Origin: Nannocystis bainbridge
Lineage (GTDB): Bacteria; Myxococcota_A; Polyangia; Nannocystales; Nannocystaceae
Assembly (NCBI RefSeq): GCF_028368995.1
Contig: NZ_JAQNDL010000001.1
Coordinates: 1-64,000 of the forward strand
Direction of reading: 5' to 3'
DNA length: 64,000 nucleotides
Numbering within the stretch: position 1 is the stretch's first letter; every line of letters begins with the position of its first letter. Shown here piece after piece: positions 12,637-21,676 of the stretch. Position numbers and translations under genes: made by a program. Below the pieces are notes generated by a model. That model did no database searches. It was not told the DNA's origin and worked only from the letters and a program-made list of their open reading frames with translations.

Positions 12637-14004
12637 TCATGACCTGTGCCTCGGGGCATCCAACGCGACGATCACCTCGACCTCCGGCGTCATCGGCATC
12701 ATGTCGATCGCCAGCGCCGAGGCGGCGCGGTGGCCCGCCTCCAGCATCGATTCGAGGTCGCGCGCCAGCGTGGCCGGGTCGCAGGCGATGAACACCGTGC
12801 GCCCGCTGGCGACCCGGGCCAGCGCCCGCGCCCCCTCGAGGCCGAGGCCGGCGCGCGGCGGGTCGAGCACCACCCGGTCGAAGCTGCGGCCCTCGGCGGC
12901 GTAGCGGGTCAGCGCCCGCGTCACGTCGAGCCGGCGCACCTCGATGTGCGCCTGTCGGTTCGCAGCTGTCTTTTTGGCCATGCGCAGCAGCGCCCCCGCC
13001 GAGCCGCGATCCTCCTCGACCGCGACCACCTCGGCGGCCTCGCGGGCGAGCGCGCGGGTGAAGTTGCCGCCGCCGGCGAACAGCTCGAGCACCTGGCCGC
13101 CGCGGGCGTCGGCCAGCGCGACCACTCGCTCGATCAGGACCCGATTCTGGGCCGCCTGGGCCTGGGCGAACTCGAACGGACCTGTCGAAACGGCCATGTC
13201 CTCGTGGCCAGCATCGGCCAGCGCCAGGCGCCCGCGCCCGAGCACCAGCTCACGCCGACCGCCGCGCGCGACCACGCCGACCACCACGTTGTCGAGCACC
13301 TCGGAGAGCGCGGCGCGCAGGCCGACCTCGTCGGTGTCGCCGCCTTGCGGCGCGAGCCCGGGGATGCCCACGACCACCGCGGCGCCGTCGGACAGCAGGT
13401 GGACCTCGCCGCGTCGCAGCCGTCGCAGCACCTGCGCGAACGCCCCGTCGCCGGCGGCCAGCGCGTGCATACGCGCCAGCGCGTGGTTCAGCGGGGCGTC
13501 GAACACGGGGCAGTGCGCGAGGTGCAAGATCTCGTGCGATTGCCGGCGGTGCAGCCCGAGGCGCAGCTCGTTGCCGACCCGCTCGACGTGCAGGCGGGCC
13601 CGCCTGCGGTAGCCCAGCGCGCGCGGGCTGGCCAGCGCGTGCGGCACCGCGATCCCGAGCCGCCGCAGCGCGCCCTCGGCGATCTGGCGCTTGAGCTCGG
13701 CCTGCGCGGCCGCCCGCGCGTGCTGCAGGCCGCAGCCGCCGCACACGCCCTCGACCGGGCACGGCGGCTTCACGCGATCGGGGCTGGCCTTCAGCACCTC
13801 GATGGTCCGGCCGCGGATCATCCGCCGGCGCTCCTCCGACCTGGCCGCAAGGACATGTTCTCCGGGCAATGCCCCTTCGACCAGCCATGTGCGCGTGTCA
13901 GCGTCGTCGCCGACAGCCCGGCCGACACCCTCGCCGCCGTGGGCGATCCCGCGGATCTCGACGCGCTCGCCGGCCGCGGCCTCCGTGGCCTCCGTCTTCA
14001 TCAT
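12637..14004 (-). CDS. rlmD: RlmD/TrmA-family RNA (uracil-5)-methyltransferase with TRAM domain
   Basis: GEGVG, GALPGE, CPVEGVCGGC Fe-S motif, YRRRARL, LELFAGGGNF, LDPPRAG, IACDPATLARD. Confidence 0.9.
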   Translation of the reverse strand: MMKTEATEAAAGERVEIRGIAHGGEGVGRAVGDDADTRTWLVEGALPGEHVLAARSEERRRMIRGRTIEVLKASPDRVKPPCPVEGVCGGCGLQHARAAAQAELKRQIAEGALRRLGIAVPHALASPRALGYRRRARLHVERVGNELRLGLHRRQSHEILHLAHCPVFDAPLNHALARMHALAAGDGAFAQVLRRLRRGEVHLLSDGAAVVVGIPGLAPQGGDTDEVGLRAALSEVLDNVVVGVVARGGRRELVLGRGRLALADAGHEDMAVSTGPFEFAQAQAAQNRVLIERVVALADARGGQVLELFAGGGNFTRALAREAAEVVAVEEDRGSAGALLRMAKKTAANRQAHIEVRRLDVTRALTRYAAEGRSFDRVVLDPPRAGLGLEGARALARVASGRTVFIACDPATLARDLESMLEAGHRAASALAIDMMPMTPEVEVIVALDAPRHRS

Positions 14005-14609
14005 TATTTTTTCTTCTTGTTGGTCTCTTCGGCGTTCACGTCGATGACGCGGTCACGCGCCGGACGCTGCTTGCCGTCGCCCATCTGGGCGAAGGGGAAA
14101 CTGCCGAAGCCAGGAGCACCGCCGCCGCCGCCCGCGGGCCCGGCCGGGCCGCCGCGGCCTTGCTGCTGCGCGGCCTGCTGGGCCTGCTGCATCGCCTGCA
14201 TGGCCGCCTGCAGGTTGGCGAGCGGCCCCGTGGCCTTGGGCTTGGGCAGGAACTGGGCCAGCAGCGCGAAGCCGAGGGCCCCGAGGCCGAGGATATAGAC
14301 CGTCGGATCCGAGCCGCGCGACACCCCGCAGGCGACCGCGCCGAGCCAGAAGAAGAACAGGACGATGGCGAAGCAGCCGGCCCCGCGGGCCAGGCCGAGC
14401 AGGCCGAGGATCGCCACTGCGCCGCCGCCGACCATCACCACCGTGGGCAGGTACGGCGGCGGACCGTTGATGAACAGACCGACGATGGTGACCACCGCGC
14501 CGACGAGGAACAGCGAGATGCGCCGCTGCATCTCCTTCTTCATCAGGCTCATCGCGTCGGGCGGGAGCTTGCTGATATCGAAGGGCATCTGGGGCGGGAC
14601 TTGGGCCAT
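14004..14609 (-). CDS. Hypothetical 4-TM membrane protein
   Basis: Four hydrophobic segments, Q/G-rich tail, RVIDV; stop overlaps the rlmD start. Confidence 0.8.
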   Translation of the reverse strand: MAQVPPQMPFDISKLPPDAMSLMKKEMQRRISLFLVGAVVTIVGLFINGPPPYLPTVVMVGGGAVAILGLLGLARGAGCFAIVLFFFWLGAVACGVSRGSDPTVYILGLGALGFALLAQFLPKPKATGPLANLQAAMQAMQQAQQAAQQQGRGGPAGPAGGGGGAPGFGSFPFAQMGDGKQRPARDRVIDVNAEETNKKKK

Positions 14610-14711
14610 GGTCGTGGTCGGGGGGTTGGCGGCGGAGTGCGGAGGTGGAGCGCGACGGCGCAGTGAGACGGCGAGAGCCGTTCCGAAAGCTGCGTCCTCA
14701 GCCTAGCAGCG

Positions 14712-15875
14712 CTAGCCCGCGGCGCGAGCGAATCGGCGCGCGATCTCACGGCTGATGACGATGCGCTGGATCTCGCTGGTGCCCTCGAAGATGCGGGTCA
14801 CGCGGACGTCGCGGAGGTAGCGCTCGACCGGGAACTCGCGGGTGTAGCCGAAGCCTCCGAGCACCTGGACGGCCCGGTCGCACGCCGCCCAGCCGCGCTC
14901 GCTGGCCGCCAGCTTGGCCATCGAGGCCTCCTGCGTGAACGACCGGCCCTGCTCTTTGAGCCAGGCGGCCCGCAGCGTCAGCAGCCGCGCCGCCTCGAGC
15001 TCGGTGGCGCTGTCGGCCAGCATCCACTGGATCGCCTGGTAGTCGGCGATCGGGTGGCCGAACTGTTGCCGCTCCAGCGCGTAGCCGCAGGCGAACTCGG
15101 TGGCGGCCAGGCCGCAGCCGAGCGCCAGGGCGGCGATGCCGATCCGGCCGCCGTCGAGCGCCATCATCGCCACGCGGAAGCCCTTGCCGACCTCGCCGAG
15201 CAGCGCCTCGGGGCCGAGCTCGATGTCGTTGAACTCGAGCGGCGTGGTGGTGCTCGCGTGCTGCCCGGTCTTGTGCTCCGGCTTGCCGCGCACGAGCCCC
15301 GGCGCGTCGCCGCGGACCAGGAAGGCGGTGATGCCCTGCGAGCCTGGAGCGTCGCTGGTGCGCGCCCACACCACGAACAGCCCGGCGTCGGTGCCGCTCG
15401 TGATCCACAGCTTTTGCCCGCTCAGGACCCAGCCGTCGCCGTTCGGCACGGCCCGCGTGCGCATGCCCGCCGGATCGCTGCCGGCGCCGGCCTCGGACAG
15501 GGCGAAGCCGCCGACCACGTACTCGCCGGAGCACAGCCGCGGGACGTGCTCCTGCTGCTGCTCCGGGGTGCCGAACTTGGTGACGACCTCGGCCACCATG
15601 TTGCTGACGGTCATCGCCACCGTCGTCCCGGCGCACGCCTTGGCCAGCTCGATCACCGCCAGCGCGTAGGCCACCGCGCCCGCCTCGACCCCGCCGAGCC
15701 GCTCCGGCACGTTGATGCCGAGGAGGCCCAGCTCGGCCGCCTCGGCCAGGCTCGCGCGCGGGAAACCGCCGTTGGCGTCGAGCTCGGCCGCCCGCGGCGC
15801 CAGCGTGCGCGCCGCGAACTGCCGCGCGGTGCCGACGATCAGCTCCTGGTTCTCGGTCGGGGTGAAGTCGTACAT
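14712..15875 (-). CDS. Acyl-CoA dehydrogenase (short/branched-chain type)
   Basis: FALSEAGAGSD, GQKLWITSG, LDGGRIGIAA, RQQFG, IFEGTSEIQR. Confidence 0.95.
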   Translation of the reverse strand: MYDFTPTENQELIVGTARQFAARTLAPRAAELDANGGFPRASLAEAAELGLLGINVPERLGGVEAGAVAYALAVIELAKACAGTTVAMTVSNMVAEVVTKFGTPEQQQEHVPRLCSGEYVVGGFALSEAGAGSDPAGMRTRAVPNGDGWVLSGQKLWITSGTDAGLFVVWARTSDAPGSQGITAFLVRGDAPGLVRGKPEHKTGQHASTTTPLEFNDIELGPEALLGEVGKGFRVAMMALDGGRIGIAALALGCGLAATEFACGYALERQQFGHPIADYQAIQWMLADSATELEAARLLTLRAAWLKEQGRSFTQEASMAKLAASERGWAACDRAVQVLGGFGYTREFPVERYLRDVRVTRIFEGTSEIQRIVISREIARRFARAAG

Positions 15876-15886
15876 GGTGTCGAAAG

Positions 15887-15952
15887 GGACATGCCCGAAG
15901 GGGCATGACTCTGGGGACATTCTCGAAAGGACATGTCCCCGGGAGCCTGCCC
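15887..15952. repeat. 14-bp-period palindromic array, 5 units
   Basis: GGACATGCCC GAAG GGGCATGACT CTGG GGACATTCTC GAAA GGACATGTCC CCGG GAGCCTGCCC. Confidence 0.85.
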
Positions 15953-15971
15953 CTCGGAGCAGATGGACGCG

Positions 15972-16517
15972 CTAGTAGGCCTCGCCGACCTTGCCGGTGT
16001 ACGTGTAGACGTACTCGACCTCGGGCGCCGGGTCGAACTCCCACTTGAAGGCCGACTCCTCGACGCACGGGGCGAACAGCTTGGCCTCGCGCGGCTGGAA
16101 CTTGTCCTTCGGCACGCCCTTGGGCGGCCGGCGCTCCCTGATGTCGATCGTCGGGATGTTGACCTTGGTGACCTTGCCGCTGGTGGCGATGGTGACCTCG
16201 GCCGAGAAGGTGCCGGCGATCCAGCGGTTCTCGTAGGCCTCCATGTCCTTCTGCAGGCAGCGGCCGAAGTCGCGCTCGTAGACGCTCTCCATGGTGTCCT
16301 GGATCGACGCCAGGGTCTTCGGCGAGACGGACGCCTGCGCGGTGCGGTCGTACTCGTCGAGGCCCTCCTCGGACTTCACCATGTCCTTGTCGTACTCCGT
16401 CTTGGTGTACTCCGAGTACATGGCGTCCTCGTTGTTATCCATCTTGTTGAGGTGGCGCTTGGCGCACCCCGGGCCGGCGACGGCGGCGGCGAGCAGGATC
16501 ACGGTGATGGTTCGCAT
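15972..16517 (-). CDS. Lipoprotein with AgmX/PglI C-terminal (TonB-C-like) domain
   Basis: AGPGC lipobox; RCLQ..GTFSAEVTIATSGKV..CVEESAFKWEF. Confidence 0.75.
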   Translation of the reverse strand: MRTITVILLAAAVAGPGCAKRHLNKMDNNEDAMYSEYTKTEYDKDMVKSEEGLDEYDRTAQASVSPKTLASIQDTMESVYERDFGRCLQKDMEAYENRWIAGTFSAEVTIATSGKVTKVNIPTIDIRERRPPKGVPKDKFQPREAKLFAPCVEESAFKWEFDPAPEVEYVYTYTGKVGEAY

Positions 16518-16602
16518 GATGGTTCCTCGTGGCGGCTCGGGCAGGCGCTGTCGCCCGCGAGCCTGGGCGTCCGCGGCATGATACCGCGCCGCGGGCTGGC
16601 GG

Positions 16603-17748
16603 TCACTTGCGGCGCAGGAGCCCCGCGGCGATGACGACGCGCTGGATCTCGCTCGTCCCCTCGTAAATCTCGGTGATCTTGGCGTCCCGGAAGTGGCGCT
16701 CGACCGGGTACTCGGTGACGTAGCCGTTGCCGCCGAACACCTGGATCGCGTCCTTGGCGACCTTGTTGGCCGTCTCGCTGGCGAACAGCTTGGCCATCGC
16801 GCTCTCGATCGAGTGCCGCTGCCCCCGCTTCTTGAGGCTCGCCGCCCGGTAGGTCAGCAAGCGGGCGGCGTCGATGCCGACCTGCATGTCCGCGAGCATG
16901 AACGCGATCGCCTGGTGGTCGATGATGCGGCGGCCGAAGGTCTTGCGGTCGAGCGCGTACTCGGCCGCGGCCTCGAACGCCGCGCGGGCGATCCCGAGGG
17001 CCTGGGCGGCGATGCCGATCCGCCCGCAGTCGAGGGTGGCCATCGCGACCTTGAAGCCGCCGCCGACCTGGCCCAGGACCTGGTCGTTCGTCACGCGATG
17101 GTCGGTGAAGAAGATCTGGCACGAGTGGCTGGCGCGGATGCCGAGCTTGTCGTCCTTCGGCCCGCGGGAGACGCCCTCGCCGTGCATGTCGACCACGAAC
17201 GCGGTGATGCCCGAGTTGCCGCGCTCCGGCTCGGTCATGGTGAACAGGATCCCGGTGTCGGCCTGCGGGCCGTTGGTGATCCAGTTCTTCACGCCGTTGA
17301 TGACCCAGCCGTCGCCGTCGCGCACGGCCGTGGTCTTCTGCGCCGCGGCGTCGCTGCCGGCGTTGGGCTCGGACAGCATGAAGCAGCCGAGCTTGTCGCC
17401 GCTGGCCAGCGGCACCAGCCACTCCTGCTTCTGCGCCTCGGTCGCGAACTTGAGCAGCGGGTCGCACACGAGCGAGTTGTTGACGCTCATGACCACGCCG
17501 GTCGAGGCGCACGCGGCCGAGATTTCTTCCATCGCCAGGACGTACGAGATCGGGTCGAGGCCCGAGCCGCCGTAGGCCTCGGGGACCTCGATGCCGAGCA
17601 GCCCGAGCTCGGCCATCCGCCGGACCAGCTCCTTGGGGAACCGGGCCTCGCGGTCGAGCTCGGCCGCGAGCGGCTTCACCTCGCGGGCCGCGAACTCGCG
17701 GACCATCTTCTGCAGCGCTTCTTGGTCTTCGGTCAACGACAGGTCCAT
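16603..17748 (-). CDS. Acyl-CoA dehydrogenase (butyryl-CoA type)
   Basis: CFMLSEPNAGSD, GVKNWITNG, KLGIRAS, RKTFG, IYEGTSEIQR. Confidence 0.95.
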   Translation of the reverse strand: MDLSLTEDQEALQKMVREFAAREVKPLAAELDREARFPKELVRRMAELGLLGIEVPEAYGGSGLDPISYVLAMEEISAACASTGVVMSVNNSLVCDPLLKFATEAQKQEWLVPLASGDKLGCFMLSEPNAGSDAAAQKTTAVRDGDGWVINGVKNWITNGPQADTGILFTMTEPERGNSGITAFVVDMHGEGVSRGPKDDKLGIRASHSCQIFFTDHRVTNDQVLGQVGGGFKVAMATLDCGRIGIAAQALGIARAAFEAAAEYALDRKTFGRRIIDHQAIAFMLADMQVGIDAARLLTYRAASLKKRGQRHSIESAMAKLFASETANKVAKDAIQVFGGNGYVTEYPVERHFRDAKITEIYEGTSEIQRVVIAAGLLRRK

Positions 17749-17785
17749 CGCGGTCCTCTGCTCCCTTGTTCGCTCGGCGGGCTGC

Positions 17786-18580
17786 TCACGCGCCCTTGAA
17801 CTCGGCCCTGCGCTTGCCCAGGAAGGCGGCCATGCCCTCCTTTTGATCGGCGGTGTCGAACAGGCCGGCGAACGCCTCGATCTCGAGCGCGTTGGCCTGC
17901 GCCAGCGGCAGGCCGGCGCCGGCGTGCAGCACCCGCTTGGCCTCGGCGACCGCCACGGGGCCCCAGTCGGCGATCTTCTTGGCCGCGGCGAGCGCGACCG
18001 ACAGCGCCTCGCCGGCCGGCACCACGCGGTTGGCGAGGCCGATGCGCGCCGCCTCGGCGGCGTCGATGGTGTCGCCGGTGAGGCACAGCTCGAGCGCGCG
18101 GGCCAGGCCGACGCGCCGCGCCAGCCGCTGGGTCCCGCCGAAGCCGGGGATCACGCCGAGCTTGACCTCGGGCTGGCCGAACTTGGCGTTCTCGGCCGCG
18201 TAGATGAAGTCGCAGGCCAGCGCCAGCTCGCAGCCGCCGCCGAGCGCGAAGCCGTTGACGGCCGCGATCGTCGGGATCGGCAGGCCGGCCAGCGCCTCGC
18301 CGACGCCGTGGCCGGCGCGGGCGAACTCGCGGGCTGTCCCGACGGACATGTCGGCCATCGCCGCGATGTCGGCCCCGGCGACGAACGACTTCTCGCCGGC
18401 GCCGGTCAGCACCAGCGCGCGCACCTCGCCGGCGCGGGCCGCCGCCGCGGTGTCGTCGAGCACCTGCGCGAGCCCGGCGATGACCTCGGGGTTGAGGGCG
18501 TTGAGCGCCTTGGGCCGGCTGATGGTGACGACGCGGACGCGGCCGTCGTCGCTGACGAGCAGGGTGTCGGTGCCGGTCAT
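17786..18580 (-). CDS. Enoyl-CoA hydratase (crotonase)
   Basis: FVAGADI, AVNGFALGGGCELALACD, FGQPEVKLGVIPGFGGTQRL. Confidence 0.95.
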   Translation of the reverse strand: MTGTDTLLVSDDGRVRVVTISRPKALNALNPEVIAGLAQVLDDTAAAARAGEVRALVLTGAGEKSFVAGADIAAMADMSVGTAREFARAGHGVGEALAGLPIPTIAAVNGFALGGGCELALACDFIYAAENAKFGQPEVKLGVIPGFGGTQRLARRVGLARALELCLTGDTIDAAEAARIGLANRVVPAGEALSVALAAAKKIADWGPVAVAEAKRVLHAGAGLPLAQANALEIEAFAGLFDTADQKEGMAAFLGKRRAEFKGA

Positions 18581-18584
18581 CGGC

Positions 18585-19481
18585 CTACTTCCCCTTGCTC
18601 GCGTAGTCGTAGAAGCCGCGCCCGGTCTTGCGCCCGTGCCAGCCGGCGGCCACGTGCATGCGCAGGACGTTGGCCGCGCGGTACTTGTCGTCGCCGAGCT
18701 CGCGGTGGAGCACGTCGGCGATCGCCAGGCAGGTGTCGAGGCCGATCAGGTCGGCCAGCTCGAGCGGGCCCATCGGATGGTTCAGGCCGAGCTTGGCCCC
18801 GGTGTCGATGTCCTCCGGCGTGCCGAGGCCCTCCTGCAGCGCGAAGCAGGCCTCGTTGATCAGCGGGATGAGCACGCGGTTGACGAGGAAGCCCGGGCAG
18901 TCCTTGCTCGTGATCGTCGTCTTGCCGAGCTTCTGCGCCAGCGCCACGGTCGCCCCGTAGATTCCGTCGGCCGTCTGCAGGCCGCGGATGATCTCGACCA
19001 GCTTCATCAGCGGGACCGGGTTCATGAAGTGCATGCCGACCACGCGATCGGGCCGCCGGGTCTGCGCCGCCAGCAGGGTGATGCTGATCGAGCTGGTGTT
19101 GGTCGCCAGCACCGCGCCGTCGCCGAGCGCCGCGTCGAGCTCGCGGAACAGCTTCTTCTTGAGCTCGATGTTCTCGGTGGCCGCCTCGACCGCGAAGTCC
19201 GACGGCGCCAGGCCGGCCGCGCCGACCACCGCGGTGATCCGCTCGACGATCGCCGCCCGCTCGGCCTCCTGCAGCTTGCCCTTCTCGACCAGGCGCCCGA
19301 GCTGCTTGGCGATCCCCGCCTTGCCGGCGTCGGCGCGGGCCTGGTCGACGTCGGCCAGCAGCACCCGGTAGCCGGCCTGCGCCGCCACCTGGGCGATGCC
19401 CGCCCCCATCTGCCCCGCGCCCAGCACGCCGATCGTGCGGATGTTGGCCAGGATCTCGTCTGCGCTAGTCCCTTGGGTCAT
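18585..19481 (-). CDS. hbd: 3-hydroxybutyryl-CoA dehydrogenase
   Basis: GAGQMGAGIA, ATNTSS, GMHFMNP, HPMGPLELADLIGLD, GRKTGRGFY. Confidence 0.95.
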   Translation of the reverse strand: MTQGTSADEILANIRTIGVLGAGQMGAGIAQVAAQAGYRVLLADVDQARADAGKAGIAKQLGRLVEKGKLQEAERAAIVERITAVVGAAGLAPSDFAVEAATENIELKKKLFRELDAALGDGAVLATNTSSISITLLAAQTRRPDRVVGMHFMNPVPLMKLVEIIRGLQTADGIYGATVALAQKLGKTTITSKDCPGFLVNRVLIPLINEACFALQEGLGTPEDIDTGAKLGLNHPMGPLELADLIGLDTCLAIADVLHRELGDDKYRAANVLRMHVAAGWHGRKTGRGFYDYASKGK

Positions 19482-19519
19482 GTCCGATCTCCGGTGTGCC
19501 TTGGTTCAGGTACGAAAGT

Positions 19520-20698
<1,179 letters not shown>

Positions 20699-20972
20699 CA
20701 GAAACTCCTTTTGCGCAGCCTGTGAACCGGCGAGGCGCGCGGCGACGGGGTCGTCGCCCTGGCGCTCATTGGTTCGCAAGATTCGCTTAGCACGCGGGGA
20801 CGCAAGATCTGAAGCCCTGGAGCCGGCAGCGCCCGCGGCGCCACCCTTGCGCTGACTCACTGCGCTGGCGCATCCGCGAAGATGTCCGGAAATTCTTCGC
20901 GCGAGCGACGAGACTCGAAGCTTTGCGGTTGACGATGGCCGCTCAAATCGGGTACGCACGTGCGCCCTCGAT

Positions 20973-21046
<74 letters not shown>

Positions 21047-21048
21047 CC

Positions 21049-21082
21049 CAAGCCCGCCCCACCAGGCGGGCTTGTTTCTTTT
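21049..21082 (+). terminator. Rho-independent terminator after the tRNA
   Basis: CAAGCCCGCC-6 nt-GGCGGGCTTG followed by TTTCTTTT. Confidence 0.8.
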
Positions 21083-21092
21083 AAAAAAGGGG

Positions 21093-21116
21093 CGACCTGT
21101 CCCTTGGGACAGGTCG
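21093..21116. repeat. Perfect inverted repeat of the motif family
   Basis: CGACCTGTCCC-TT-GGGACAGGTCG. Confidence 0.85.
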
Positions 21117-21134
21117 ATGCGGGCGGCCCGGCCC

Positions 21135-21610
21135 GGCCTGCTGCGCCGGACAGCTCACGCAGGCGGGCGAGCGCTCGCTCTCGCAGGCGTGAGTGACCTG
21201 GCGCTCCGGACAGGTCTGGCCCCGGGGGCGCTGCGTCCGCCCGGAGCATGAGCGAACTACGCTGCGGGCCGGTCACGCGAGGGGCGCGCTGCGCCGTCGG
21301 CACGAGTGACCTGGCGCTCAGGACAGGTCTCGCCACGGGTGCGCTGCTTCCGCTCGGAGCATGAGAGAACTGCGCTGCAGTTTGGTCACGCGAGAGGCGC
21401 GCTGCGCCGTCGGCACGAGTGACCTGGCGCTCAGGACAGGTCTCGCCACGGGTGCGCTGCTCAGAGCCTGCGCTGCGGACCAGTCACGCGAAAGGCGCGC
21501 TGCGATCTGTACGAGTGACCTGGCGCTCGGGACAGGTCGAACGGCGGGCGCGCGTTCCCTCAGAGCCTGAGCGGCCTGCTGCGGACAGCGCACGCGACGG
21601 CGCTGCGCCT
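21135..21610. repeat. Degenerate tandem repeat, about 113-bp unit x4, non-coding
   Basis: Core GAGTGACCTGGCGCTCNGGACAGGTC at 21191, 21304, 21417, 21513; the sequence between cores is also similar from copy to copy. Confidence 0.88.
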
Positions 21611-21676
21611 CGAAGCCGAGGCCTGGCCCTCCGGACAGAGCCTCCGTCACGCGCCGGCCTCAGGCAGCCCCGCGCT

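Noticed and set aside
21135-21610. Possible CRISPR array (26-bp core repeated four times)
   Set aside because: Intervening sequences are 70-87 bp and homologous to each other; no cas genes. It is a tandem repeat.
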